Source of the DNA: Oscillospiraceae bacterium
GTDB lineage: Bacteria > Bacillota > Clostridia > Oscillospirales > Oscillospiraceae
Direction: 5' to 3'
Assembly (NCBI GenBank): GCA_017398725.1
Contig: JAFQFA010000013.1
Location: 27,010-91,009, forward strand
DNA length: 64,000 nucleotides
Each line of letters starts with the position of its first letter. Position 1 is the first letter of the stretch. The position numbers were made by a program, and so were the translations under genes. Below are positions 1 to 10,309 of the stretch, one piece after another. Below the pieces are notes generated by a model. That model saw only the letters and a list, made by a program, of their open reading frames with translations, ran no database searches and had not been told where the DNA came from.

Positions 1-367
1 TACCGCCACAATAGATCGCAAGCGCCACTGCCGCATCGTTACCGCTTTGCAGCATGAGTCCATAAAGCAATTCCTGAATGGTAAGGACCTCGCCTTCCCG
101 CAAATACATAGACGAGCCCTCTATTCCAACAGCCTCTTTCGGGATTCGCATCCGGTCGAGAACGTTGCATTGTTCACAGACAACCAAAGCAGTCATAATC
201 TTTGTCGTGCTGGCGATCAGCGAACGATCCGTTTCCTGTTTATGGACCAAAAATCTGCCTGTACTTGCATCTAATACGACAGCCTTTTCTGCGGAAATAC
301 CGTAGCAAGGAAAAACAAGGATGACAGCCAGCAACGCAGCTGCCATCCCGGTAATCATTTTTCTCAT
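1..367 (-). CDS. dacB: D-alanyl-D-alanine carboxypeptidase (DacB-like, peptidase S11), truncated by the window edge
   Basis: Not in the ORF track. Manual translation from ATG 367: MRKMITGMAAALLAV...LIASTTKIMTALV...LMLQSGNDAAVALA, giving a signal peptide, SxxK and SxN motifs; follows ytfJ as in Clostridia. Confidence 0.85.
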   Translation of the reverse strand, partial: MRKMITGMAAALLAVILVFPCYGISAEKAVVLDASTGRFLVHKQETDRSLIASTTKIMTALVVCEQCNVLDRMRIPKEAVGIEGSSMYLREGEVLTIQELLYGLMLQSGNDAAVALAIYCGG

Positions 368-412
368 ATAATCACCCCAGTATCATTATGTGCTGGGGTG
401 ATCATTCTATTC

Positions 413-799
413 TTACTTTTTTTCCGTTCTGGAATCAACAAAAGCAGCAATCTTGTCCAAGGTATCAGGAACCATTTCCACGATCCGGTCTGCCGTTGTA
501 TTGGCAGGTGCTGCAACAGGGATCATGCGCACATTGCCTTCCTTGACAATCAGAAAAGCCACCGGTGTTACTTTTACACCAGCACCCAAGCCGCCGCCAA
601 AGGGATTTTCATGATGATTCAAGTTTTTAGAAACAAAATCAGACCCGCCGCCGCCAAAACCAATACTGATCTTGGATACAGGGATAATGGTGACGCCGTC
701 ACCGGTTGTAATCGGTTCACCAACAACCGTATTTGCGTTTACCATCTCACGAAGTTTTGCAATCGTGCTGTCGAGCATATTAGGAAGATTTTGACTCAT
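413..799 (-). CDS. ytfJ: Sporulation/germination protein YtfJ (GerW family)
   Basis: Motifs VVGEPI, IIPVSKISIGFGGGG, GGGLGAGVKVTPVAFL; probable ATG at 799 after AAGGCGGTG. Confidence 0.9.
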   Translation of the reverse strand: MSQNLPNMLDSTIAKLREMVNANTVVGEPITTGDGVTIIPVSKISIGFGGGGSDFVSKNLNHHENPFGGGLGAGVKVTPVAFLIVKEGNVRMIPVAAPANTTADRIVEMVPDTLDKIAAFVDSRTEKK

Positions 800-1388
800 A
801 TTTCGCACCGCCTTTTCGTTTATTCATAATGTTAAAGTACTGTTTGATAACTTTCGGTCCATGGGTAACAGCAAGTGTCACCAGTTGCCAAAAGCGGACG
901 GTCAAGTCCGCGCCTGCAATGACAGTTGTACCCGGGGCTGTGAAATCACATTCCACTTCCAGATCTCTTTTTTTAATAACAAAAGCCCGTTCCAACAGTG
1001 GCATCAGATTTCCCAACGCAGCCCAGCCCTGACCGTAGCGCAATGCCAGATCGCAAGGATCGCCCCCACCAAGAATCCACTTAAGCTGAAGATTATCCAC
1101 CCGCAGCCTCAACCGGAAATCTTTTAAAAAATCGATAATCAGTTGTACTAAGGGAAGAAAATCCGATGCACTTCCGCCGTTATTCTTTTTAGCCTGCTGC
1201 GGTTTTGCGGCTTTCTGCTTTTTCTCACTATCAGCGTTTTTTTCCGATGGTTTGCTCGGGTATAGCAGGATTTTAGCAGGTCCGATCACAAACGCAGCAA
1301 ACGCACCGGAAGCATCATATCTGACCTGCAGCCCCAAAGGCATTAACGCCAGAATCCCCAGCACAGCAAACGCGATCAGCCACCCCAT
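780..1388 (-). CDS. DUF2953/YtfI-like membrane-anchored protein
   Basis: N-terminal hydrophobic helix, GGDPCDLALRYG motif, overlaps ytfJ. Confidence 0.75.
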   Translation of the reverse strand: MGWLIAFAVLGILALMPLGLQVRYDASGAFAAFVIGPAKILLYPSKPSEKNADSEKKQKAAKPQQAKKNNGGSASDFLPLVQLIIDFLKDFRLRLRVDNLQLKWILGGGDPCDLALRYGQGWAALGNLMPLLERAFVIKKRDLEVECDFTAPGTTVIAGADLTVRFWQLVTLAVTHGPKVIKQYFNIMNKRKGGAKYESKSS

Positions 1389-1978
1389 CAGGCCTGCACC
1401 TCCGCGACGGCATCCTCCGTCTGATTAATTTCCGCAGGGGCATCCTCAATGATCGGTTCCCCTAAATCCACCTTTTCGATTGCCGGAAGTTCCTGCAAAG
1501 AATTCATACCAAAAGTTCGCAGAAAATCCGGTGTGGTCCGATACTGGATGGGTCTACCGGGAACATTCAACCGTCCGGCCTCTTCAATCAAATGTTTATT
1601 GAGCAAGGCACCCACGGAATAAGAACTGTCAACACCGCGAATCTGTTCAACCATGGCTTTTGTAGCCGGCTGATAATAGGCAATAATCGTCAATGTTTCC
1701 AATTGGGAAGCGGAGAGTCTGGGAGGTTTTCTGGTTTCCAGTGCCTTCGTTACATAATCCGCCATTTCACCGGAAGACACCATCTGGTAGGCGTTCTCTA
1801 AGCGAATAATCCGCACGCCCCGGCGGTTAAAGGACAATTCATCTGCCAATTGTTCAGCAGCCACACTGACTTCCTTAGGGTCTGCCTCTATGCTTTGTGC
1901 CAAACGCTCCAATTCCACAGGCTCGCCTGCAGCAAACAGGATCGCTTCGATGACCCTTTGTAATTCAGTTGTTTCCAT
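1388..1978 (-). CDS. scpB: SMC-Scp complex subunit ScpB
   Basis: IEAILFAAGEP, LETLTIIAYYQP, IRGVDS, GRPIQYRTTPDFLRTFG. Confidence 0.97.
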   Translation of the reverse strand: METTELQRVIEAILFAAGEPVELERLAQSIEADPKEVSVAAEQLADELSFNRRGVRIIRLENAYQMVSSGEMADYVTKALETRKPPRLSASQLETLTIIAYYQPATKAMVEQIRGVDSSYSVGALLNKHLIEEAGRLNVPGRPIQYRTTPDFLRTFGMNSLQELPAIEKVDLGEPIIEDAPAEINQTEDAVAEVQA

Positions 1979-2775
1979 CAGATCATCTCCTTTGTTTCTG
2001 TTTCAGGCTCATTTAAAAGCCGGACATTGGGGTTTTCGCCGGTATTATCGTCTTCTAATGTAACGGAATTGGACTTACACAAATCCAAGATCGCGAGAAA
2101 CGTGGCAACGATCTCAGAACGGGAGCGATTCCCCTTAAATAAGTTCTTCAGCCGTTCAATGCCACGCAAAACCAACGTCCTTAAAACCTCTCCCGCTTTG
2201 CGGGAAACGGGGTATGGCTCTTTGCCAACGATTCCTTTAAAATTCACCGTGGGCGGAGGCAGACGGCGCTGATTCCGCTGGGATATATCATCCAGCGCAC
2301 GAAGCAGATCCTGCGTATCATGCTGATAACGATAGGTGCTGTCTTTACGCAGCGGCTCAGGCTCTTTTACAAAAACGCACCTTCCGATATCATTCATTGG
2401 CTCCAAGGCAGTTACAGCAATGCGGATCTGCTCAATCGCCTCTTTGCGCTGGCGCTCCATAAGCGACTGTCGCAATTGATCCAGTTCACTCTGCGCCTCT
2501 GCTGCTTCTGCCGCGGAAAGAAGCATTTTCGTCTTGATCAACATCAAGTGGGAAGCCATGGTGATGAATTCGCTGGCAATTTCCATGTCCAGCCGCTTCA
2601 TCTCATCCAGATATGCCAAGTACTGTTCTAAAATCGCAGTAATGGACACATCCTGAATCTCTATTTTATTTTTACTGAGCAGCAGAAAAATGACATCCAG
2701 AGGTCCTTCAAAATCTTCCATCAACTCCGTGCGGGTGTGGACGATTCCCTCAAGGCGATACTGCGGTTCTGACAT
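1978..2775 (-). CDS. scpA: Segregation and condensation protein ScpA
   Basis: FEGPLD..LL, EFITMASHLMLIKTKMLL, IVATFLAILDL; coupled to scpB. Confidence 0.97.
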   Translation of the reverse strand: MSEPQYRLEGIVHTRTELMEDFEGPLDVIFLLLSKNKIEIQDVSITAILEQYLAYLDEMKRLDMEIASEFITMASHLMLIKTKMLLSAAEAAEAQSELDQLRQSLMERQRKEAIEQIRIAVTALEPMNDIGRCVFVKEPEPLRKDSTYRYQHDTQDLLRALDDISQRNQRRLPPPTVNFKGIVGKEPYPVSRKAGEVLRTLVLRGIERLKNLFKGNRSRSEIVATFLAILDLCKSNSVTLEDDNTGENPNVRLLNEPETETKEMI

Positions 2776-2803
2776 ATTGGCTCCTTAGATAGTTATTTAC
2801 CGT

Positions 2804-2832
2804 ATTATATCATTGTTTTTCCTATCATGCAA
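2804..2832 (-). promoter_or_regulatory. sigmaA-type promoter for scpA
   Basis: Minus strand TTGCAT-17 nt-TATAAT with TG extension. Confidence 0.65.
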
Positions 2833-2865
2833 GTATTACAGATAAAAACCAGACAGGATAAATGA

Positions 2866-2894
2866 TTGCTTTTTGCTTAACCTTATGTTAAAAT
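2866..2894 (+). promoter_or_regulatory. sigmaA-type promoter for the 2916 gene
   Basis: TTGCTT-17 nt-TAAAAT with TG extension, then AAGGAGG RBS. Confidence 0.55.
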
Positions 2895-2915
2895 AACAAA
2901 AAAGGAGGAATGATT

Positions 2916-3236
2916 ATGCCGCAACGAAACAGCCGCTATGCCGAAATGCGCAAGAACATGTCCTATATGCTTCTGGCCGACCTCGGCATGTTCATTCTCT
3001 ATCTCATTGCAGCCGGCAACGGAATCACTTGGCTGAAGGTTCTATCTGCCATTATTGCCATTTTCGCATCCGTTTTATGCCTCGGTTACTTGTACCTGAC
3101 ACAGGAACTTTTCAAAAAGCGCAGTTTGTGGATGACGGTTGCAGCAGGTGCAATTTTATTCTGCATTCTCTTTTCTGTGGTATTGAATTTCCCCTGCCCG
3201 GCACCTTCACCGGAAAACATCCATATCAATCTATAA
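2916..3236 (+). CDS. Hypothetical small membrane protein (about 3 TM helices)
   Basis: AAGGAGG 7 nt before ATG 2916; three hydrophobic stretches; followed by a terminator. Confidence 0.75.
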   Translation: MPQRNSRYAEMRKNMSYMLLADLGMFILYLIAAGNGITWLKVLSAIIAIFASVLCLGYLYLTQELFKKRSLWMTVAAGAILFCILFSVVLNFPCPAPSPENIHINL

Positions 3237-3239
3237 ACG

Positions 3240-3277
3240 AAAGCTGCATTGGATGAGCTTATCCAATGCAGCTTTTC
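3240..3277. terminator. Bidirectional intrinsic terminator
   Basis: AAAGCTGCATTGGAT-gagctt-ATCCAATGCAGCTTT between convergent genes. Confidence 0.85.
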
Positions 3278-4975
3278 TTATTTATAAAAACTGTTGCCGC
3301 CGATAAATTCCCGAACGAGACTTGTAGGCGGAATCTCATCATCCACATCGGCTTCTAGAACATAATTAAGCACTTTCACAAGGCCGCGAACCTGCTCATA
3401 GCATTCTTCCTCCGGCTGGATTTGCGTTAGGAGTGCGTAAATATGCTTTTTCAAAACCGGCAGTTCATATAATGTTGAGCTATTAAAAATCACATCCGCT
3501 TCTTCCTGATAGGGGAATATCCACCGCTTCTCGCCTCTTCTGACGCTATCCCACATTTCCATGGTCCGCTGTACAGATGCACCTCTCGTTTCGTAATCGC
3601 GAACAGTTCTTCGCAGCAAACGCAATAGACTGGAAGGAATACGGTTGTGATCGTCTAAGTTCAGCGGCAGCAATGCACTGACATATAGCTTAAATATGAG
3701 ATTGCTATCCATACCCGCAGGAAGCAAAATAGGATTGAGCGCATGCAGACCTTCGATGATAATTACAGTTTGCGGCGCAAGGCGAATCTTATGGCCTTTC
3801 ATCAACCGTTTGCCCGACTTGAAATCAAAGCTGGGCAGTTCCACTTCTTCACCACGAATCAACGCTTGCAAATCCTGCCGAAACTGATCTATATCGATGG
3901 TATCAATGTGCTCCAGATCCAACTTTCCATCCGGACCGGGCTTAATTTGATCACGGTCTATGTAATAATCATCTAAACTCATCAAAATCGGTTTCTTGCC
4001 ATGTACACGCAGTTGTGTAGCCAACCGATTGGCCGATGTAGTTTTACCGGAGGAACTTGGACCCGCCAACATCACCACTTTCGCGCCGCGCTGGCACACC
4101 ATATCCGCAACCTGACTGTACCTTTTCTCATGAAGTGCTTCATTAACCCGAATCAACTCACGAATCTGCCCCGACCGGACAAGTTCATTCAAATCCGAAA
4201 CCGTCTGGCATTCCATCAGCTGACACCATTTCTCACCCTCAGTGCATACACTCAAGAACTTTGGCATTTCTTTGTATCCGGAAACCTGTTCCGGATCAGT
4301 GTCATCAGGGTAAAGAAACATAAAACCACCTTCAACCGGAAGAATATCCCATACCCGCAAATAACCCGTTGAGGGCGCAAGTTCTCCATAGTAATAGTCG
4401 GAAAAGCCTTCGTGTGAATACACATCAAAATAATCCGCTTTACGATAGGAAAGCAAGGCCGCCTTATCTGCCTGCCCATCCTGCAAAAATAGTACCTGCG
4501 CCTCAGATAACAGCAGTCTTTTGCGGATCAAAGGAATATTCTGACTGACAAGCATACGCATCCGCTCTTTCAGCTTCAGCGCATCAAAGGCAGGTTCATT
4601 CTCCACTTCCACAAACAACGCATTCCCTACCGTGCAATCCATTTTTGCCCGTGCTTTCGGCCAAAGCTGCCGTAACGCAAGAAAAATCACAAACTGCGCT
4701 GTTCTGGAGTATACATCCCGTCCAGCCGGATCCGAATACCGGATCAACTGTACAATCCCACCGGATGCCTGTACCGCTCTGCGCAAAGATGCCGGCTCTT
4801 GTTCACTATGATCTCTTACGGGAATATAATTTAGATTAAATATTTCCCCCGCCATTTTCGCCGCAATCGGTCGGCAATAAAACTGTGCATTGTCCAAACG
4901 AGCAGAACGAATCATTTCAAGCAATGAGTATCCTGTCTTAGCCTCCACGAAAATGCCATCTATCTGCAGTTGCAT
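3278..4975 (-). CDS. Long-form nucleoside (uridine) kinase with ThrRS N-terminal-like domain
   Basis: P-loop AGPSSSGKTT, SLDDYY, IIEGLHALN, RRTVRDYETRG; N-terminal ~250 aa resemble ThrRS N1/N2; RBS GAGGAGGTG before ATG 4975. Confidence 0.85.
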   Translation of the reverse strand: MQLQIDGIFVEAKTGYSLLEMIRSARLDNAQFYCRPIAAKMAGEIFNLNYIPVRDHSEQEPASLRRAVQASGGIVQLIRYSDPAGRDVYSRTAQFVIFLALRQLWPKARAKMDCTVGNALFVEVENEPAFDALKLKERMRMLVSQNIPLIRKRLLLSEAQVLFLQDGQADKAALLSYRKADYFDVYSHEGFSDYYYGELAPSTGYLRVWDILPVEGGFMFLYPDDTDPEQVSGYKEMPKFLSVCTEGEKWCQLMECQTVSDLNELVRSGQIRELIRVNEALHEKRYSQVADMVCQRGAKVVMLAGPSSSGKTTSANRLATQLRVHGKKPILMSLDDYYIDRDQIKPGPDGKLDLEHIDTIDIDQFRQDLQALIRGEEVELPSFDFKSGKRLMKGHKIRLAPQTVIIIEGLHALNPILLPAGMDSNLIFKLYVSALLPLNLDDHNRIPSSLLRLLRRTVRDYETRGASVQRTMEMWDSVRRGEKRWIFPYQEEADVIFNSSTLYELPVLKKHIYALLTQIQPEEECYEQVRGLVKVLNYVLEADVDDEIPPTSLVREFIGGNSFYK

Positions 4976-5065
4976 TGTACGCACCTCCTCATGCATATTA
5001 TTACACATAAGGACTATATTTTCAAGATTGGCATCCTACGCAATATCATATGCCCTATCGCAAAC

Positions 5066-5093
5066 AAAGGCTCCGCCCAAAGGCGGAGCCTTA
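5066..5093 (-). terminator. Terminator after metA
   Basis: AAGGCTCCGCC-tttg-GGCGGAGCCCTTT hairpin then TTTGTTTG. Confidence 0.8.
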
Positions 5094-5096
5094 AAA

Positions 5097-6017
5097 TTAT
5101 TTACCGATAGACATGATGTCATAGGGAGTCGTCTGATAGACAAAGTAATTAAGCCAATTGGAAAACAGAAGATTTGCATGACTGCGCCAGCGAACCAACG
5201 GAGGCTGTGTATCATCATCATTTGGATAATAGTTTTCAGGCACATGGATGGGAAGTCCCTGACCCTTATCCCGTAAGTACTCTTTTTCCAGCGTGTCGGC
5301 ATCGTACTCAGAATGGCCTGTAACAAATATTTGCCGTCCCTTATCATTCATGAGCGCATATACGCCGGCTTTCTCAGAAGATGCCAAAATCTTCAATTCG
5401 GGTACCTTCTCAATATCCTCCCGCAAAACCGTAGTGTGGCGGGAATGGGGCACCCAGAATTCATCATCAAAACCACGTAAAAGAATGGACCGTTTATAAT
5501 CCGCTTTGTGGGGAAAAACACCAAAGAGTTTTTCCGGCAGATCCCGTTTCTGAATGCCGTAGTGATAATACAGGCCCGCCTGCGCACCCCAGCAAATATG
5601 AATGGTGCTGTGTACATTGGTCTTGCTCCACTCCATGATCTTGCAAAGCTCCGGCCAGTAGTCAACCTCTTCAAAGGGCATATTTTCTACCGGTGCCCCA
5701 GTGATCACCATACCATCAAACTTTCGATGCTTCAATTCATCAAAACTTTTATAAAAGTTCAGCAAATGCTCCTGCGAAGTATTCTTAGAGGTGTGCGTAG
5801 TAGTATGCATCAATTCCAACCGAACCTGCAGGGGTGTGTTTCCCAAAACTCTGCTCAACTGGGTTTCTGTTGCGATCTTGGTAGGCATCAGATTCAGCAA
5901 AACGATCTCCAACGGGCGGATATCTTGGGTAATGGCACGATGCTCATTCATCACAAATATATTCTCCTGTTGCAACGTTTCGGTTGCGGGCAGATTGTTG
6001 GGAATCTGAATAGGCAT
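5097..6017 (-). CDS. metA: Homoserine O-acyltransferase MetA, probably acetyl-CoA type (MetAA)
   Basis: MPIQIP start, [14 protein letters not shown] catalytic Cys, GHSEYD; Glu in GAPVE (the position that is Gly in succinyl-type E. coli MetA). Confidence 0.95.
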   Translation of the reverse strand: MPIQIPNNLPATETLQQENIFVMNEHRAITQDIRPLEIVLLNLMPTKIATETQLSRVLGNTPLQVRLELMHTTTHTSKNTSQEHLLNFYKSFDELKHRKFDGMVITGAPVENMPFEEVDYWPELCKIMEWSKTNVHSTIHICWGAQAGLYYHYGIQKRDLPEKLFGVFPHKADYKRSILLRGFDDEFWVPHSRHTTVLREDIEKVPELKILASSEKAGVYALMNDKGRQIFVTGHSEYDADTLEKEYLRDKGQGLPIHVPENYYPNDDDTQPPLVRWRSHANLLFSNWLNYFVYQTTPYDIMSIGK

Positions 6018-6045
6018 AGCCCCACCTCCAAAAGATAATAGGGCA

Positions 6046-6074
6046 ATTGTACTCCAAAAGCAGTATTTTGTCAA
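6046..6074 (-). promoter_or_regulatory. sigmaA promoter for metA overlapping the spoIID stop codon
   Basis: TTGACA-17 nt-TACAAT. Confidence 0.75.
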
Positions 6075-7051
6075 TAAAATGCGCCGATTGATAGAAGCTC
6101 CACACCGTGATAATAATGCAGAAGAATCTGTTGGTAATCACTGCCTGTCAGCGCCATAGCATCTGCTCCATACTGACTCATACCCACCCTGTGACCAAAT
6201 CCCTTTGTTGTGATCGTTACCGTTGATCCGGCAACAGATATAACGAATGCAGTGGATTTTAAATCCAGCAAACTTCTGACTTGCGTACCGGAAAAAGTTT
6301 TCTTGCAAATCTCAATGGAATCAACGCCGCCTCCATCTGTATAAGTAATTTTTCCTATACGAAAATCATGCAAATTATTTAATGAGATACCAAGTTTTCG
6401 TACAATGGCATCCACAGAGAATTGCACAGTGTCTGTGTAGTGACCCGCACGCTCCTCCCCCGGACTTTGCGTTGCCTTAAGGTACGGTACATTAGATCCC
6501 CAAACCGCCACCGCATCCTCTGTATATCCCCCAGAACAAGAAAAATAGGTCGCCTCAATGGGCTTTCCATTATAAACAAGGATCGTTCCCGCAGTCTCCA
6601 TTACCGCCTGTCTAACCTTGTCGATTCTTTCTTCCGTACCGCCAGATTGAAGATAATCCGATGGATCCCAATACCCTTGGCAACAGGACGACACCGTACA
6701 TACATGTGCATTCTTATGACGCTGCTTTATATGCATACGCCGGAATGTATAGGTTCTTGCAACAACAGCCTGTGCCTTTAAAGCCTCCATTTCAAAATCA
6801 GCAGGCATTTCCCGCAATACAACCGAAAGAATATACTCTTCAATAGGCATCTCATTTACGGTGCCGTCTTTCATCAAAACGGATACGACCAATTCCTGCC
6901 CCGCCGTGGATTCCGTTGTATTGCTAACCACTATTGTTTCATGGGACGAATCCCCCTCAAATACTTTCGTCGGCGTTTTCGAATCCAGCAATACAGCAAG
7001 CAGGCAGATCGATAGAAGAATCGGAACAAACCATTTTTTCAAAAATTCCAT
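6071..7051 (-). CDS. spoIID: Stage II sporulation protein D (lytic transglycosylase)
   Basis: [40 protein letters not shown]; N-terminal TM; likely ATG 7051. Confidence 0.93.
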   Translation of the reverse strand: MEFLKKWFVPILLSICLLAVLLDSKTPTKVFEGDSSHETIVVSNTTESTAGQELVVSVLMKDGTVNEMPIEEYILSVVLREMPADFEMEALKAQAVVARTYTFRRMHIKQRHKNAHVCTVSSCCQGYWDPSDYLQSGGTEERIDKVRQAVMETAGTILVYNGKPIEATYFSCSGGYTEDAVAVWGSNVPYLKATQSPGEERAGHYTDTVQFSVDAIVRKLGISLNNLHDFRIGKITYTDGGGVDSIEICKKTFSGTQVRSLLDLKSTAFVISVAGSTVTITTKGFGHRVGMSQYGADAMALTGSDYQQILLHYYHGVELLSIGAFY

Positions 7052-7136
7052 CCCATCACCCCACCTCATCATATCAGTAAGGTCCAAAGGAACTTGTCGC
7101 GTTTTGGTACAGATTTTACCAACCGTCTGTCAACTC

Positions 7137-7165
7137 TTGACATAAAACCCGATAAACAGTATAAT
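7137..7165 (+). promoter_or_regulatory. Consensus sigmaA promoter for the LRR gene
   Basis: TTGACA-17 nt-TATAAT. Confidence 0.85.
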
Positions 7166-7194
7166 TTAGACAGATTTTTTGAATGGAGTTTGCC

Positions 7195-8913
7195 ATGAAT
7201 AAGACAATCAAAATTCTGTTTCCTTTGATTTTGGCACTTGCCATCATGATCAGTTGTTGCTGGTATTTATTCTTTTACGATCAGGAATTTACCCGGGATA
7301 TGTTAGTGAGTGTAGCCCGTTTTTGCGAAAATAACGGTTATCACAGCACAGCTACATGGTTCTACGACAGAGCATATGCCCAGCTAAGTGATAATGATAT
7401 GGTCGCCATAGAATTGGCTAACCAATACAAAAAAAGCGGCAACTACACGAAAGCAGAATATACCCTGCGTAATGCCATCCAAGATGGCGGAACGATTGAT
7501 TTGTATATTGCCCTGAGCCAGACTTTTATCGAACAAGACAAGCTTCTGGACGCAGTGAATATGCTTAACAACGTTACCGATCCAGCCATCAAGCAGCAGT
7601 TGGATCAACTTCGCCCCGCCGCACCCACCAGCACACCGGCCCCCGGTCTGTACAACGAATACATCAGTGTGGAAGTATCCAATACATCCGGCACCTTATA
7701 TGCCGCAAACGACAGCGAGTACCCCTCTTTAAAGGATGACTTGTATAAAGGTCCAATCACCCTTACAGATGGTGAAAACAATATGTATGCTGTCAGTGTC
7801 GGTGAAAACGGTCTTGTCAGTCCCCTTTCTATATTCGGTTACACTGTCGGCGGCATCATCAAGCCTGTCACTTTTGCCGATCCTGCTGTGGAATCCGCAG
7901 CAAGAGAACTTTTGAGCATCGAATCGCCTACCGTTATTCAAACCAACGATCTTTGGAAAATCAAAGAGTTTACAATCCCCGCCGAAGCGAAAGATTACAG
8001 CGATGTCGCATTGATGATCTATCTGGAGAAACTGACCGCCGATAAGCCTGTTGCGAATCAGCTTTCCAAGCTTTCCGTCCTGACTGAGCTGACACAGTTG
8101 CAGCTGACGAACACCACCGTATCCACAGATGATCTTGCCGCCATCGCCGCCTTACCCAAGCTGAAGTCTTTGGTGCTGTCTAATTGCAATATTGCTACCA
8201 TCACATCCCTTGAAAAGGCAACGAAGCTGGAGTATTTGGATCTGAGCAGTAACGCCATCCGTAATGTTGATGCACTCGGCAAACTGACTGCACTGAAAGA
8301 ACTGTACCTGCAGCACAACGCCATTGCGAAACTGCAAAATCTTTCTTCTCTGAAAGATTTGAAGACCTTGGATGTTTCCTACAACGCGATCACAGATCTT
8401 ACCGGCGCAACATCCGCAAAAGCACTGACACATCTTAATGCGGAAAGCAACGCCATCACCCAACTGTCCAAGATCGGTTCCCTTACCGGTTTGACTTACC
8501 TTAACCTGCAGTCCAACAAGCTGAAAGAAATCGGAAATTTGTCCGGTTGTACCGCTTTAACGGAACTGGACCTTTCTGACAACAGTCTTACCGATATATC
8601 TGATCTGAGTAAGCTGGTAAACCTTACAACATTGGACTTTTCCAACAACAGCGTTACGACCATCCCCACATGGTCGAAAAACTGCGCACTGGTTTCCATT
8701 GACGGTTCTAAGAACAAAATTAAGAGTCTGGATCCTCTGAGCGGATTGAAAAGTCTTAATCAAGTTCATATGGACTATAACAGCAATATTTCCTCTGTGA
8801 AACCGCTGGAAAAGTGCCCCCTGCTGGTTGAGGTGAATGTTTACGGAACAAAAGTCAAAAGTGTTTCCGGATTGACCGACCAAGGCGTGATCGTTAATTA
8901 TAAGCCTGTATAA
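7195..8913 (+). CDS. Membrane-anchored leucine-rich-repeat protein (TPR-like + Fn3/CHB_HEX_C-like + internalin-type LRRs)
   Basis: N-terminal TM, TPR-like helices (GNYTKAEYTL), PAPGLY...YKGPITL...YAVSVGENG module, roughly a dozen 22-aa LxxLxLxxNxI repeats. Confidence 0.85.
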   Translation: MNKTIKILFPLILALAIMISCCWYLFFYDQEFTRDMLVSVARFCENNGYHSTATWFYDRAYAQLSDNDMVAIELANQYKKSGNYTKAEYTLRNAIQDGGTIDLYIALSQTFIEQDKLLDAVNMLNNVTDPAIKQQLDQLRPAAPTSTPAPGLYNEYISVEVSNTSGTLYAANDSEYPSLKDDLYKGPITLTDGENNMYAVSVGENGLVSPLSIFGYTVGGIIKPVTFADPAVESAARELLSIESPTVIQTNDLWKIKEFTIPAEAKDYSDVALMIYLEKLTADKPVANQLSKLSVLTELTQLQLTNTTVSTDDLAAIAALPKLKSLVLSNCNIATITSLEKATKLEYLDLSSNAIRNVDALGKLTALKELYLQHNAIAKLQNLSSLKDLKTLDVSYNAITDLTGATSAKALTHLNAESNAITQLSKIGSLTGLTYLNLQSNKLKEIGNLSGCTALTELDLSDNSLTDISDLSKLVNLTTLDFSNNSVTTIPTWSKNCALVSIDGSKNKIKSLDPLSGLKSLNQVHMDYNSNISSVKPLEKCPLLVEVNVYGTKVKSVSGLTDQGVIVNYKPV

Positions 8914-8915
8914 TA

Positions 8916-8950
8916 AATAACCCGAAATGCGCAAGCATTTCGGGTTTTTT
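8916..8950. terminator. Terminator between the convergent LRR gene and trmD
   Basis: AACCCGAAATGC-gcaa-GCATTTCGGGTT + T tract. Confidence 0.85.
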
Positions 8951-8984
8951 ATGCGGTTAACAAAATCGTCATTCCTGACAACAC

Positions 8985-9776
8985 TTATAGTGTGTTTTTT
9001 ATTGCTGTATCCACAGCGTCAACAGCATGAACTTGCGCATGATCTTCTGCTTCCATTTCCCGGAGCAGCTTCTGATCCTGCTTACTGGACAGGTCCAGTT
9101 TTTCATACATATCCGGTCTGCGGGCCTTTGTGCGCCGCAGAGACTGCTTTCTGCGCCATAACCGCACTTTTTCATGATTTCCGGAAACAAGGATCTGAGG
9201 AACTTCTCTGCCGTGCCAGACAGCGGGACGGCTATACTGCGGATATTCCAGCATGCCGTTAAAATGGCTTTCATCCTCAAAGCATTCCGGATCTGCAAGA
9301 ACGCCGGGAACCATCCGGCAAACCGCATCTGTCACTGCCATAGCGGCAATCTCACCGCCGGTGAGTACAAAGTCGCCCAGAGATATCTCTTCATCCACGC
9401 ACTCGTCAATAAAGCGCTGGTCAATCCCCTCGTAGTGACCGCATACAAGAATCAGGTTTTCCAACTTACTCAGCCGAATCGCATCTTCTTGCCGGAAGGT
9501 ATGTCCGCAAGGAGACATATAGACTGTATGCACCGGGCCACCGGCCTGATCGCAAAGTGCCTCCCAGCAGCGATAAAGAGGGTCTGCGGTCATCACCGCG
9601 CCACGGCCGCCGCCGTAAGGATAATCGTCTACCTGATTTTGCTTATTGACAGTATAATCCCGAATCTGGTGTGTCTCGATACGGATATACCCCCGCTCCT
9701 GTGCTCTGCCCAAAATACTTTCAGACAAAACATCCCCAACAGTATCCGGGAACAGCGTCATAATATCAATTCTCAT
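8985..9776 (-). CDS. trmD: tRNA (guanine37-N1)-methyltransferase
   Basis: VDDYPYGGG, CGHYEGIDQR, SLGDFVLTGGE, LEYPQYSRP. Confidence 0.98.
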   Translation of the reverse strand: MRIDIMTLFPDTVGDVLSESILGRAQERGYIRIETHQIRDYTVNKQNQVDDYPYGGGRGAVMTADPLYRCWEALCDQAGGPVHTVYMSPCGHTFRQEDAIRLSKLENLILVCGHYEGIDQRFIDECVDEEISLGDFVLTGGEIAAMAVTDAVCRMVPGVLADPECFEDESHFNGMLEYPQYSRPAVWHGREVPQILVSGNHEKVRLWRRKQSLRRTKARRPDMYEKLDLSSKQDQKLLREMEAEDHAQVHAVDAVDTAIKNTL

Positions 9777-10257
9777 CTGTTCGCATTCCCTCGATCAAAC
9801 GGACCCGCATTACGCCGGCATCCATATCAATATTTTCAATGAATTGGCTGACAGCAGGGATCATATACTCATATTCCCCTTTGACTACATAAACTTTATT
9901 ACCGGGATAGTCCAGAACATCGGCAATCTTACCGATTGATTCCCCTTCAGCAATAACATCCATACCGATCAGCTCTGCCACGAAGATCATGCCATCCGGC
10001 GCATCCTCACGGAACACCTCTACGGTCTTTCCCCGCATCAACTGTGCTTGTTCTATGGTATCAATTCCCTTTACCTTCAAAAGATTACAGGTCTTTTGAA
10101 TGCGGCAGGATTCCACAGTGTAAACAGTACCGCAAATGCAAACACGCTGAAATTCCGGCAAAAAGTCCGGTCCATCCGACCAAGGCAGCACTTTCATCTC
10201 GCCACGGACACCGTGGGTAGAAACGATCTGTCCGGCCTCCAAAAACTGCAGCTTCAT
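9766..10257 (-). CDS. rimM: Ribosome maturation factor RimM
   Basis: GQIVSTHGVRGEMKV, ELIGMDV, MIPAV; conserved synteny. Confidence 0.95.
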   Translation of the reverse strand: MKLQFLEAGQIVSTHGVRGEMKVLPWSDGPDFLPEFQRVCICGTVYTVESCRIQKTCNLLKVKGIDTIEQAQLMRGKTVEVFREDAPDGMIFVAELIGMDVIAEGESIGKIADVLDYPGNKVYVVKGEYEYMIPAVSQFIENIDMDAGVMRVRLIEGMRTDEN

Positions 10258-10309
10258 AGAAACCTCCAAATAATGAGAAATGCGTGGCGCAAAGCGTCAC
10301 GCATACTCG

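Noticed and set aside
6018-6074. SAM or T-box riboswitch before metA
   Set aside because: The leader is too short; it holds only a promoter and RBS.
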